42,602 bases of DNA from a virus (IMGVR_UViG_3300045771_000059:1-42602), one strand, 5' to 3'. Positions 7,901 through 16,032 are shown, numbered from the stretch's first letter. Numbers and translations: made by a program. Notes: generated by a model not told the origin, from the sequence alone.

Positions 7901-8069
7901 AATCGAGTTCCAAGGTGCTGACGTTATCAACCAAACCGTTGATGGTCTTGGTGGCGATACGATAGACATCGACGTTCGGTAGCTCGCAGTACCGCTTCAG
8001 ACTGGAAACGATTTTGGCAACGTCAACCGGCTCTAATTGACCATTTCTCTTACGTACTTGCATACTCAA
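4905..8069 (-). CDS. nrdA: NrdA N-terminal fragment (class Ia RNR alpha) with two cis inteins and a split-intein N-half
   Basis: ATP-cone start (VRKRNG), DRYL, STPTLFNSG, QMSSCYL, GGIG, NQGGRRKGA, SNL-C, CNLGSIN, RPVGLG, LRNSLLLAGAPTA. Confidence 0.97.
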   Translation of the reverse strand: MSMQVRKRNGQLEPVDVAKIVSSLKRYCELPNVDVYRIATKTINGLVDNVSTLELDLLSVRTAKDLIIDDPVYAKVAARILANIIQKEVAGQDIQSFSQSIETGAQQGLIAKTTYDLVMTNKRKLNAAVKHERDWFLEYHGLQTVYDRYLLKHPTLLNADKTTGKKQRAVIETPQYFLMRVACGLAVDAAEAVELYTLLSSLEYLCSTPTLFNSGTTHSQMSSCYLCDSPLDSLDDIYKRYGDIAMLSKFAGGIGVSMSRIRGKGSLIKGTNGYSDGMVPWTHTLSGSVAATNQGGRRKGAACVYLETHHPDIMQFLEMRDNTGAKENRAYNLNLANWVSDLFMQRVKDDAIWSLFDPVVAPELNDLYGDAYEHRYVELEAEGKYTEQLPARKLYARMMRTLAENGNGWMCFKDTCNRRANQVNDEAGTMVHLSNLCVAPETLILTRSGYTPIIDLADTAVEVWNGREWSETIVRKTGHDQKLITIIFDNGLSIDCTLYHKFYIEMADTCVVETRACELWEGAKLMKFVMPVIDDKDIAAMASRGSEGFTHVSEIIDIGRHGDTYCVDEPKRHMAVFNGILTGNCTEILEVTSSGEQQMMTREQVFDLTSEDMIDKSINILGFDTQTDRFEVLQGAEVAVCLAAGSPILTDDGYKPIEECDGAYVMVPFENDYEFTEAPRFIQATLIDNGVRPVWQIRLSNGNSLCATADHKLLVECIGNVRDWVTVDGLQVGMVLAAEGPMHDDDTATILSITPGGSEQVYDLYIPDAHHFVVAGIISHNCNLGSINIGRGYIRNGKLDKDKLHRNVAIAVKYLDRVIDRNFYPIPEARASNIRWRPVGLGLMGLADFFFQLRIPYDSEQAIALSSEIQEEIYFQALRTSCDLAKVAGPHRDFHLTRAAQGHLQFDLAGVVPKEPTRWDALRAEIMEHGLRNSLLLAGAPTACQIGTNAIRTNEGILSIYDILDQNKIPHQAVEDNNEQMWIPIEPIRVDTMNGPRTSDKIWFNGVQETYKVTYEDGTSYEYTKNHQLLVQCDGAHEWITVGELKDGDEVIAM
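4908..5240 (-). mobile_element. Split intein N-terminal half (IntN, 111 aa)
   Basis: Starts CQIGTN directly after APTA; block B YTKNH; ends WITVGELKDGDEVIAM-stop; AT-richer than the flanks. Confidence 0.93.
5727..6149 (-). mobile_element. Contiguous mini-intein 2 in nrdA (141 aa)
   Basis: EVAV/CLAAGS...ATADH...VYDL...GIISHN/CNLG; no LAGLIDADG motifs seen. Confidence 0.95.
6318..6761 (-). mobile_element. Contiguous mini-intein 1 in nrdA (148 aa)
   Basis: SNL/CVAPET...CTLYHKF...TYCV...NGILTGN/CTEI; Gly-Asn end; no endonuclease domain. Confidence 0.95.
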
Positions 8070-8101
8070 AAATCCTCAATCGTATATGAAACCGCAACAG
8101 C

Positions 8102-8527
8102 TTAAATGACGTGATAGTCACGCTCATCGAATTGCCATTGACGGAGAACAGGCCGGGTGATGATTCCTGAATGAACCGCACCCCAGGCGTAGTTCAAGGT
8201 TAGGGTCTCATCTGCCACAAGCACCAAAAGGGGTGTAGAATCATTTATCAGACGCAGGACCAGACGTTTATTTGACCAACCAACTAAACGTAACGTGCTT
8301 TCAATACAAATGGCCAGCGAATGGCGGCAGAAATTATTCGTCTCTAACATGGTCCAAGTATTCGGCCACGGACCATCCAAATCAAACACCTTTGGATCGA
8401 GCGGGGCCTGCGCCCAATAGGCTGCGGTCGCTTTTAGTTGGGTATCACGCGGCTGATCTACAATACCATGACGAAAATCTCGCCAGTGGGTCAACCGACC
8501 CTGTGGCGACAACTGAAAGCAACTCAT
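8102..8527 (-). CDS. Conserved phage hypothetical protein
   Basis: 141-aa ORF overlapping the upstream stop (ATGA); Trp-rich N-terminus (RLTHWRDFR, YWAQAP, WPNTW). Confidence 0.75.
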   Translation of the reverse strand: MSCFQLSPQGRLTHWRDFRHGIVDQPRDTQLKATAAYWAQAPLDPKVFDLDGPWPNTWTMLETNNFCRHSLAICIESTLRLVGWSNKRLVLRLINDSTPLLVLVADETLTLNYAWGAVHSGIITRPVLRQWQFDERDYHVI

Positions 8528-9192
8528 CCCACGGGGCGGTCGAGCCGGAAATAAATCGTGGGCGCGCCGCCAGTACAGTTGATGTAACGGATCACCACGT
8601 GCTGGGCGAACCCGGCATTCACCATCACCGCCTGGAACTGTAACGCGGCAACCGCGCCAACCAGGACGTCGGCTTCATCGGTGCATAGCGGCGCGGTGAC
8701 GAATGTCGGGTTCCATAAAATACTCAAACGACCTTGGCGGATCGCATTATTGCTACTGTCAAAGACAAAGTATTGCACATACGCATTGGCGCCGCTTCCG
8801 GGCAGATCGAGATAGAAGTCACTGGCCACGCCCGCTTGGTTGAGGGTCTGCAAGTTGGTAAAGGACGCAAGCTGCCCCAACGGCACCGAGGTCTGAAAGC
8901 CGAACTGATTGTCCTGCACGGCATTGCCGAAAATCATCCCGAGCGGGCTATTCTCAGTCAGCACCTCAATGTTTTGATAGGGAAAGCCGACGCGACTGAA
9001 ATTCGGCATGCCGGAAACCGGCACATCGGTGCCCAGGCCGATGAACAACCGACCCACATCAGTGGCATAGCCAAGCTCGCCTTCATCCAAGCCGGGAGCA
9101 AATGTCGGTGGCGACGTGGTGATCGGGGCTCCCGGCAGATCGGCCGCCAGTCCCCGACGCAACTGAATCTTTTCCAAAACAATAGTCGCCAT
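8524..9192 (-). CDS. Putative virion structural protein with Mtd/hyaluronidase-like N-terminal motif
   Basis: KIQLRRG...LDEGELGYATDVGRLFIG; late promoter and GGAG upstream. Confidence 0.7.
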   Translation of the reverse strand: MATIVLEKIQLRRGLAADLPGAPITTSPPTFAPGLDEGELGYATDVGRLFIGLGTDVPVSGMPNFSRVGFPYQNIEVLTENSPLGMIFGNAVQDNQFGFQTSVPLGQLASFTNLQTLNQAGVASDFYLDLPGSGANAYVQYFVFDSSNNAIRQGRLSILWNPTFVTAPLCTDEADVLVGAVAALQFQAVMVNAGFAQHVVIRYINCTGGAPTIYFRLDRPVG

Positions 9193-9220
9193 CGTCGTTC
9201 TCTCCGTCCGTCGTGGTCGG

Positions 9221-9226
9221 TATTTA
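9221..9226 (-). promoter_or_regulatory. Late promoter core TAAATA
   Basis: 29 bp upstream of ATG 9192. Confidence 0.65.
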
Positions 9227-9457
9227 GCCAGCCGACAGACGCAGCAAGGTCAGCAACATGCGCCACTCAATCATCGCGTTGGCATCACTCAACAGTCTGG
9301 TCTGCATATCCAGATAGAACTGACCCCGTCGCTGCACGATATCGACCTCGGCAGCGAGGGTCGCGATCATCCCCAGCCGGGACGCGATGTCACTCTCATA
9401 TTGAGCAATGACCTGTTGTTGGGATTGCGTGATTCGGGTGTCCCATAGTGGTCTCAT
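9224..9457 (-). CDS. Hypothetical helical protein
   Basis: Distal part of ORF 9224..9553 from ATG 9457. Confidence 0.5.
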   Translation of the reverse strand: MRPLWDTRITQSQQQVIAQYESDIASRLGMIATLAAEVDIVQRRGQFYLDMQTRLLSDANAMIEWRMLLTLLRLSAG

Positions 9458-9677
9458 AACGGTCTCGTAGATCGACGGTTTCGAGGAAGTCGAGCCATGC
9501 GCGGGTCTGATCACTGTCGGCGATCTGCTGTTCAAGAAGTCCAAGGAAATCACTGGCGGTCTTGAACGCGTGCTGCCGAGCTTGAAGATCGGCGAACTGG
9601 TGGTTGAGCGCCGCCAGTCGATCGCTCAGGTCAGAGATGCAACGGGCGTGATGCTCGTAGGCGGCGTTGGTTGACAT
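9396..9677 (-). CDS. Hypothetical coiled-coil protein
   Basis: 93-aa ORF with heptad-like LSDRLAALNHQFADLQ. Confidence 0.55.
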   Translation of the reverse strand: MSTNAAYEHHARCISDLSDRLAALNHQFADLQARQHAFKTASDFLGLLEQQIADSDQTRAWLDFLETVDLRDRYETTMGHPNHAIPTTGHCSI

Positions 9678-10351
9678 GTCTCACTCAGATACCTTTCGAA
9701 ACGGTCAAGGAATCTAGTCTTGTGATGGTCCAAGTCGGCATCGCGCACAATGAACTCTTGATAGTTGAGATCACGATCCACCATGAAGATCACGGCTTGA
9801 CGGATATCGGTGCCGAATAGATCATCATGCCCCGTACAATACGCGGCAATTTGGTCAAAATACCCCTCGATCATCGCCCGCGACCGTAATGACCGAGCCG
9901 ACTTGAAATCACAGATCGTCGGCTGATCCTCAAACAGACACACCAAATCGGCCGACCCGGCGAATAACTCAGGACAGTAGAGCACCACTTCCGATCCATA
10001 GACCTCGGACACGCGAGACAAGCCCTTTTCGATGATCTGATCGGCCATTCGCTCCGCCTGGATGCGGACCATATTGTTGCCACCTGGACGCGGGATGCCG
10101 CCGATATAGTTTTCCAGATGCTTATGCATCAGACTACCCAAACCGGTGGCTTCGCGTTTGATCCGATCGGCTTCTGCGTCGCCGACCCGCTTACGCCATT
10201 CCAGCAGTTCGGTGCGATCATCCGTGGCGGCGAGGATTGTGGTGATGCTGGGGAGGAACGTTCCAGTGACCGGACAGATGTAGTGTCGAACGCCGCTCAC
10301 CTGAGTGATGCGTTTGACCGGCTTATAATTATATTTCTGGATGAGGTTCAT
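9626..10351 (-). CDS. PD-(D/E)XK exonuclease (RecB/Cas4/MGME1-like)
   Basis: LPSITTIL, GSLMHKHLE, SEVVLY, AGSADLV, ICDFKS, QIAAY; ATG 10351 overlaps the upstream stop. Confidence 0.88.
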   Translation of the reverse strand: MNLIQKYNYKPVKRITQVSGVRHYICPVTGTFLPSITTILAATDDRTELLEWRKRVGDAEADRIKREATGLGSLMHKHLENYIGGIPRPGGNNMVRIQAERMADQIIEKGLSRVSEVYGSEVVLYCPELFAGSADLVCLFEDQPTICDFKSARSLRSRAMIEGYFDQIAAYCTGHDDLFGTDIRQAVIFMVDRDLNYQEFIVRDADLDHHKTRFLDRFERYLSETCQPTPPTSITPVASLT

Positions 10352-10797
10352 GACAGCAGGATGCTCAGGCTCAGTTCGGCCGCGTGAGCCACACTGAGGA
10401 CACGGTAATCGGTCACGGCGCGCAGCATCGGGTGATCGTGCACCGATTGATCGGCCATGATCAGAATGAGCGGCTTCCGATAGGCATATGCCCAGGCGCA
10501 TTCCATTACGCTACCAATGGTTACGAGGTCGAGGTCAAGCAAATTGCAGACGATCAGATCGGCCCTCATACAATCCAAATGATCGCGAATCAGGATGCCG
10601 CGATCAGTGCATAGCGGGTCGCTGTAGATGGCGGATGGGCACAATACCCCTTGGGCGCGCAAGTGTTGTTTGCCCCGAAGTGGCGAAAAGCATTCGATGT
10701 GGGGTTCCACCAGGGCCTTGAATTCATTCCGCCACAGTTCAGATTGATCGTACGTTTTTTGAGCAATCGGTCCGGCACAGTAAATCTTTGGTCGCAT
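10348..10797 (-). CDS. Nucleoside 2-deoxyribosyltransferase / nucleotide N-glycosidase-like protein
   Basis: KIYCAGPI, FSPL, DxxxxxxADLIV, GSVMECAWAYAYRKP (catalytic Glu). Confidence 0.85.
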   Translation of the reverse strand: MRPKIYCAGPIAQKTYDQSELWRNEFKALVEPHIECFSPLRGKQHLRAQGVLCPSAIYSDPLCTDRGILIRDHLDCMRADLIVCNLLDLDLVTIGSVMECAWAYAYRKPLILIMADQSVHDHPMLRAVTDYRVLSVAHAAELSLSILLS

Positions 10798-10858
10798 TTA
10801 AAATAACACCTAAAATAACCAAGACCAAATTAGGCGATGCCGACCATGAGATGCAATA

Positions 10859-11233
10859 CTATTTGGCTTTGCCTTTGAGATTTTTATTGATCTCGGCAGC
10901 CGCCATGTCCGCCACCTTATCCTTGCCCTGTGTCTTCTGCTCGTCGCTGTGTTCATCATCCGGATACTGGAACCAAATCCGATCGCCCTCGACCTTCTTG
11001 ATCGCCTTGATCTTTTCGGGGCTGAAAATATCGATGATCATTTGGCGCGAAATCGTAATGCCTTGCTCGGTGCTGCTGAGACCTTGGATGGCCTGCTGCA
11101 TGGTCATGAACGGCACGCGCTGATTGATCAATGGCACGATCATATTCGTGGCAGCTTGTTGCAGTTCGGGCATGACTTGACCGGGCGCTGGTTCCGCTAG
11201 CTCAAAGTCTTCAAAGAGGTCTCGAATGAACAT
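10859..11233 (-). CDS. Putative head-associated protein
   Basis: 124 aa; N-terminus MFIRDLFE. Confidence 0.7.
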   Translation of the reverse strand: MFIRDLFEDFELAEPAPGQVMPELQQAATNMIVPLINQRVPFMTMQQAIQGLSSTEQGITISRQMIIDIFSPEKIKAIKKVEGDRIWFQYPDDEHSDEQKTQGKDKVADMAAAEINKNLKGKAK

Positions 11234-11269
11234 CGGATTGCGGATGGGCCGCGCGACCCATCCTGCCCT

Positions 11270-13255
11270 TTACATCTTGCCAAGGTTCGCGGGGGTGACC
11301 ACTTTGCCGGGCGGCTTCATGCCCATCACCGCTTTGCTCGGAGCCATGTTCGGTCGGCCGCCGATCGGCGTCATCGGCAATCCGGCCGCCTTGTTCTTTT
11401 CATCCTCGCGCTGTTGCGCCACCTTCTGCATTTGCTGATCCGCCGGGGTGAGCGGTTTGATCGGCTTGCCGGGAATGGCGGGCTGGCCCGGTGGGACTTG
11501 TCCAGCTAGCGCGGTGACCAATGTCGGGTCTACCTTTTGCCCCTGGCCCATAAGCTTGCCCATCAGTGCCGGAGCGACATCTTCCTCTAGCTTGGCGATC
11601 TTCTCAGCCGAATAGCCGATTTTCTTTAGAAACGTGCGGGCCTGGGCCTTGGTCATCCCACCCATGACATTGGCACCCACATCGGACATTTTCAGCGTCT
11701 TCAACGCGATGCTCTTTTGGTGTGTGTCGGGCACCGAAAGCTTTTCCGCTTCCTCAACTTTGGCTTTGGCTTTGGGCATTTTCTTGGCCATCTGCTTGGC
11801 GGTACCCAGCGCGTCATCGAGATCATCGGTGAAATGGCCTTCGCCGGGCTTGTAGCCTTTGTAGTTCACCACGTAATCTCCGGCCGCGTCCTTTTTCACG
11901 GTCAGCCCCAGGCCACGGATTTGCTTGTAGACGTCCGCCTGCTTGGCTTCACGCACGATGCTCGCCACATCACCGACATCGATCGAAAACGCCTTGGCGG
12001 TGCCTGTGGCGGCCTTGGTGGGGCTTCGGCATTCGGCTAGCACCCGGCGAAACACCGTGAGGATCATCCGATCCGGATTGCGGGCTTCGCGTAAACGATT
12101 CACGTTGCGCCGCACCCGATTTTCCATGGCAGGCATCCCGGTCACGACGCCACGCTCATGCGCATCCGCGATCTTATGGGTCAGCCGGGTGATTTCCTTT
12201 TTGATCGCATCAATCTCGCCAGCGATTTTCACATCGACATTAGACGGCATCTGCGGAAAATGCGTTGTCAGGCCCATTTGTAGAACCGCCTGCGGATTGT
12301 CCCAGACCATGGGCGACAACGCTTGATCCATCACATGCTGTAGAACATGCGTCAAGTCGTCGCGCACCACGCCCGCCATCGGTAGATGATGGATGCGATC
12401 AAGGATATCCGCGACCAAACTGGCGCATTCCGGCGCGAACGACTCAAATGACGCGCGCGTCATTTCAAAATCAGGATGTTGCATCGCGCTCTCGCGCAGT
12501 CTGCGCCCACGCCGTTGGGCGGATTCTTTCTTCTGCTCGCGTCCGGCAAAATTGCCACCCATCGGCTCTGCATCCAAAGGTCCGCCGCCTTCCGGGCCAG
12601 GAGCCCCATCCACGGGCGGAACATCGCCCTCGGCCCCTTCCGGAGGCAGCCCGCCATCGGGCGGCAGATCGCCTTCGGGTGCCTCGGCATCGGGCGGCGG
12701 CATGTCCATGTCCATTGCGGCATCACTGCCCGATTCACCATTGGCAATCCGCTTCAACCGCAACACTTCGTTGCCGATTGCGGTTTTGGCAGTCTGCACA
12801 GCGTTGACCAACTGACCCAATTGATCACTGGCCGTGTTGTTGAACTTCATCGCCGCGTCTGGACCGAACCGTTCCGCCATAGCATCTTGAATCGGCATCA
12901 CATCGTCCGGCAACACCGAGGCGATCTTTTCGGCGGTGTCTTGCAACTTGGTGAGAATCCCTTGGGCCGCCGCCACCAGTTCGCTTTTTTCAAACGCGTC
13001 CTCAATCAGAAACGAAACGGTCTCCTTGACCGGTTTCGCCTTCGCGGCCTTCGGCTCGGCGGGGCGATTATGCCACTGGATATCCATATGCGTGGGTTTG
13101 CCCTCATGGGCTTTGCACGAACTGCACTTGGTGGCTTTCGGTCGCGCCGCAAACGCTGCTTCGGCGGCTTTTTCGCGAGACGGGTGCGCCGTCGTGATAT
13201 GGAGCGGCTTGCCACTCTTGCCAGCCACTTGCGCCACGAAACCTTTTTCTGTCAT
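11270..13255 (-). CDS. Putative internal head/core protein, multi-segment
   Basis: 661 aa; helical core (LIEDAFEKSELVAAAQ...), Pro/Gly/Asp linker, repeated (L/I/V)-x-E sites. Confidence 0.75.
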   Translation of the reverse strand: MTEKGFVAQVAGKSGKPLHITTAHPSREKAAEAAFAARPKATKCSSCKAHEGKPTHMDIQWHNRPAEPKAAKAKPVKETVSFLIEDAFEKSELVAAAQGILTKLQDTAEKIASVLPDDVMPIQDAMAERFGPDAAMKFNNTASDQLGQLVNAVQTAKTAIGNEVLRLKRIANGESGSDAAMDMDMPPPDAEAPEGDLPPDGGLPPEGAEGDVPPVDGAPGPEGGGPLDAEPMGGNFAGREQKKESAQRRGRRLRESAMQHPDFEMTRASFESFAPECASLVADILDRIHHLPMAGVVRDDLTHVLQHVMDQALSPMVWDNPQAVLQMGLTTHFPQMPSNVDVKIAGEIDAIKKEITRLTHKIADAHERGVVTGMPAMENRVRRNVNRLREARNPDRMILTVFRRVLAECRSPTKAATGTAKAFSIDVGDVASIVREAKQADVYKQIRGLGLTVKKDAAGDYVVNYKGYKPGEGHFTDDLDDALGTAKQMAKKMPKAKAKVEEAEKLSVPDTHQKSIALKTLKMSDVGANVMGGMTKAQARTFLKKIGYSAEKIAKLEEDVAPALMGKLMGQGQKVDPTLVTALAGQVPPGQPAIPGKPIKPLTPADQQMQKVAQQREDEKNKAAGLPMTPIGGRPNMAPSKAVMGMKPPGKVVTPANLGKM

Positions 13256-13530
13256 TGTTTTTTCCCTTTATTTCTGCGCGGCCAAGGGTCGATCTCACGA
13301 AGCATTAACCGCATCGCTTCACTGATCAAAACCGCCTTCGCATAGTCTTCGTGCGCCAGTGCAGCCGCTTCCCCTAATTTCCAAAGCAGCATCTGCCGTT
13401 TCTCGTCATAGTGCTGGCAGACCATTCGCCGGTGCTGCTCAGACTGGATATTCAGACGCAGATCGAACCGTCGCTCGATCAAAGAAAGCAACGGACCTAT
13501 CGTGTTATCAGCAGCGCCGCGCGCAGCCAT
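13252..13530 (-). CDS. Hypothetical late protein
   Basis: 92 aa; GAGG RBS; late promoter upstream; ATGA overlap with the next gene. Confidence 0.7.
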   Translation of the reverse strand: MAARGAADNTIGPLLSLIERRFDLRLNIQSEQHRRMVCQHYDEKRQMLLWKLGEAAALAHEDYAKAVLISEAMRLMLREIDPWPRRNKGKKQ

Positions 13531-13558
13531 GCGTTCTTGCCTCAGAAGTTATACGAAT

Positions 13559-13696
13559 TTATTTATCACTGTCCTCGGCTGCGGCATCGTTTGCGGCAAT
13601 CGCTGGATTTTCGGCTCCAGAAAAATCAGACCGTTTTTTGATCACAAACAGCATCTCATCCACGGCTTTGGCCCGGTTGGCGAGGTCGCCGATCAA
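13559..13696 (-). CDS. Possible small hypothetical protein
   Basis: Distal part of ORF 13559..13747 from TTG 13696; fills a gap. Confidence 0.3.
   Translation of the reverse strand: MIGDLANRAKAVDEMLFVIKKRSDFSGAENPAIAANDAAAEDSDK
13560..13565 (-). promoter_or_regulatory. Late promoter core ATAAATA
   Basis: 30 bp upstream of ATG 13530. Confidence 0.65.
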
Positions 13697-13701
13697 AAAA
13701 C

Positions 13702-13911
13702 CTAAATCCCCAGTAACGCCATGGCCTGGGCCTTGCGGAAATACCAATTCTGCGCTGCCAGAAAGCGCTTTACTTCGGTTTCGGAAATGAATTCCGCGAG
13801 CGCGGTGATCTCGGTGCCATCGTCAATGCAGAGCCAAATGCCAGGAACATTATCACGGGTTTCGATACAAAACGTCAAGACGCGATCCTCGATCATCATT
13901 AACGGCGGCAT
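13702..13911 (-). CDS. Hypothetical protein
   Basis: 69-aa ORF in the co-oriented gene chain. Confidence 0.55.
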   Translation of the reverse strand: MPPLMMIEDRVLTFCIETRDNVPGIWLCIDDGTEITALAEFISETEVKRFLAAQNWYFRKAQAMALLGI

Positions 13912-14513
13912 TCCGACATGTCCATCACCCGATCGCGCGCCCGCAGCGCCCGCCGAGTGGCATCACTATAGCGCGCTTCATAGATCGTCGCCTTCGAACG
14001 CGATGGATTGTTCTCCAAACGATACTTGAACCGGACCGCGTCATGCAACGCACTGGAATAGGCGTTCTCGGCTTGCATCAGTTCGAGCGCGACCGGCGAA
14101 TTGACCTTGCCGCCACCATTGAAGATACGCACCAACCCATGCGCTGCCTCATAGAGCGTCAAATCACAGACGAGACCGGCATCTTCGCCGACCTGCGCCA
14201 CATCATAGGAGCTACGCCGTCCCGATTGATGGACGCGTATCTCCCATTGCCCGATCCGGCTGCCGGTCGGCGTGCGTTCGGTCAGCATCGCCTCTTGTAA
14301 CTCTTTGTCTTCATGCGTCAGCGTCTGGACATACTCGGCAGCATTATGAAACCGTTCGAGGATCAAGCGCATGTCCTGCGTCAGCGCCGCTTGTGACGGT
14401 GGGGTAAACCCGGTCGCTGGCGACTCCCATTCATCCGACTCCATAGCCGGATTAGCGCCATTCAACGCCTGCATGAACTTCGCCATTTGATCCCGTTCGC
14501 TACGCTCAACCAT
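13899..14513 (-). CDS. Putative virion-associated protein
   Basis: ORF 13899..14534; GGAGAG precedes ATG 14513; motif DLTLYEAA. Confidence 0.7.
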   Translation of the reverse strand: MVERSERDQMAKFMQALNGANPAMESDEWESPATGFTPPSQAALTQDMRLILERFHNAAEYVQTLTHEDKELQEAMLTERTPTGSRIGQWEIRVHQSGRRSSYDVAQVGEDAGLVCDLTLYEAAHGLVRIFNGGGKVNSPVALELMQAENAYSSALHDAVRFKYRLENNPSRSKATIYEARYSDATRRALRARDRVMDMSECRR

Positions 14514-14739
14514 CACGCTCTCTCCAAATGTCATTTGCCGAAATAGTACGAAAAAATACTTTGCCGTTTTTCTTGAAATACCGCAGCAACCCGCGCGATA
14601 CCATCAGTCTAGCCAACTCTTGTTCCCGTTCACCCAGGCTGTCATTCGCCACATCTTCTTCATCGGCCCGCGCCAATAAATCTTGTTCTTCCACATACAC
14701 GGGGACTTGCAAACCGGTTGCTACTTCTTGATACCGCAT
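14506..14739 (-). CDS. Small hypothetical protein (winged-helix-like C-terminus)
   Basis: MRYQEV start; LGEREQELARLMVSRGLL. Confidence 0.7.
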   Translation of the reverse strand: MRYQEVATGLQVPVYVEEQDLLARADEEDVANDSLGEREQELARLMVSRGLLRYFKKNGKVFFRTISANDIWRERDG

Positions 14740-14740
14740 G

Positions 14741-15127
14741 TTAACTATTCTTTATGTCCGCGTCGATCATGTCATCGGCCTCGTCCGATTGATCATCCCC
14801 TTTGACCCGTCTCTCGGTATCATACCGTCTCTTCTGCGCGAGCTTTTGGGCATGGATATTCGCCCGCTTGCTATATTGTCTGCCTGCGTGGCGCAGTCCG
14901 ACTTTAAAACTCGTCAGGCCCGTCCGCTTGGCTTTGGTGATATTGTGAAGGACCTTTTCGCGATCTTCGTCGTCGGGATATTCGAAGCCGCGCTCGGTCT
15001 CGACAACCAACTTGTCCTTCATCAAACTGAACAACGCCCGTTCGGCCTCGGGACGGGTGCCTTCCAGCAAATCCTGGCTCCAATCGATCGCATCGATAAT
15101 GCTTACACCAATAATCATAATTTCCAC
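14741..15127 (-). CDS. Hypothetical protein
   Basis: 128-aa ORF abutting its neighbours. Confidence 0.7.
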   Translation of the reverse strand: MEIMIIGVSIIDAIDWSQDLLEGTRPEAERALFSLMKDKLVVETERGFEYPDDEDREKVLHNITKAKRTGLTSFKVGLRHAGRQYSKRANIHAQKLAQKRRYDTERRVKGDDQSDEADDMIDADIKNS

Positions 15128-15861
15128 TTCCGCACGTCGTAGCCTTCGTTCATCTTGGCCTGAATGGCGACGATGCGTTGCCGGATCGCTTTCAGATCAC
15201 CCAGGGTAATCTGCGGCAGGACTTCTTCTAATCTATCTAAGGCTTGTTCAGCGCAGGCCGCCGGGTTCATTCCATCCAAGTCAGGGGACTCGGTATGGCC
15301 CTGGACCGCCATCTCGGGCGCCGGTTGGGCGACAGATGACGCAAACGCCATCATCGACGGGTCAGCGGCAATTCCGGCTAGGCGCTGAATGCGTTGCAAT
15401 TCAGGCATCCGGGTCATGCCGATTACCATCTCTTCGATCTTTTTCACCAGATGGACTTTATGCCGATCAACCATGTGTTTCTTTCCCTGATATTTGACCA
15501 TCACCGTGTCTTTGGGGCCGTCGGTTTTGATCAGCGTCGCCTCGATAGCCCCGTCCTCGCCGTCTACGATCACCTCGTCACCGACGCCGACACTGCCTTT
15601 TTTTCGCTGCTTGTGGACCTTCTTTGTCTGACCGGCGTCAATATCGGCACCACGAAACAAAGGATTGACTTCTTCGTCCGACTCCAAAGCGCCGATTACA
15701 TCCCGCGCCGCTGCTTCATCGCCGTTGGCCACCGCGTCAGACAGGGACATCAGATCATCGGCGCTCAACTTGTCGAGCAGCGCTTCAACCGCGTCTTTGT
15801 CGATGTCGAGCAGATGGGTCATCTGTTCGACAAAATCCGTGTCTTTTATGTCAGCTTGCAT
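15115..15861 (-). CDS. Putative head-associated protein with SH3/KOW-like segment
   Basis: VGDEVIV...VMVKY segment; IEE, ELQRIQRLAGI, MNE. Confidence 0.7.
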   Translation of the reverse strand: MQADIKDTDFVEQMTHLLDIDKDAVEALLDKLSADDLMSLSDAVANGDEAAARDVIGALESDEEVNPLFRGADIDAGQTKKVHKQRKKGSVGVGDEVIVDGEDGAIEATLIKTDGPKDTVMVKYQGKKHMVDRHKVHLVKKIEEMVIGMTRMPELQRIQRLAGIAADPSMMAFASSVAQPAPEMAVQGHTESPDLDGMNPAACAEQALDRLEEVLPQITLGDLKAIRQRIVAIQAKMNEGYDVRKWKL

Positions 15862-16012
15862 CAGGCAGCACCTTTACATCAATCGTGGTCCGAGGCTGGA
15901 GTTCGGTTGCGACCAGACGGGACACGGCATGCTGAGAAATGTCACTGCCGCGTTTGCGCCAGATGGTCTTGGTCACCGAGACCGAATGCTCGAACAGGTC
16001 CCACAGAACCAT
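15851..16012 (-). CDS. Small late protein (53 aa)
   Basis: Manually translated MVLWDLFEHSVSVTKTIWRKRG...; AGGA RBS and TAAATA upstream; not in the ORF track. Confidence 0.7.
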   Translation of the reverse strand: MVLWDLFEHSVSVTKTIWRKRGSDISQHAVSRLVATELQPRTTIDVKVLPDAS

Positions 16013-16032
16013 AATAATTCCTACTAAACCAA

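Noticed and set aside
9626-10351. Cas4 / CRISPR system
   Set aside because: No four-Cys Fe-S motif, no array and no other cas genes; a generic phage PD-(D/E)XK exonuclease.
13559-13911. Programmed -1 frameshift joining two small ORFs at GGGGATTTAG
   Set aside because: No canonical slippery heptamer or clear stimulatory structure; an independent TTG start explains it equally well.
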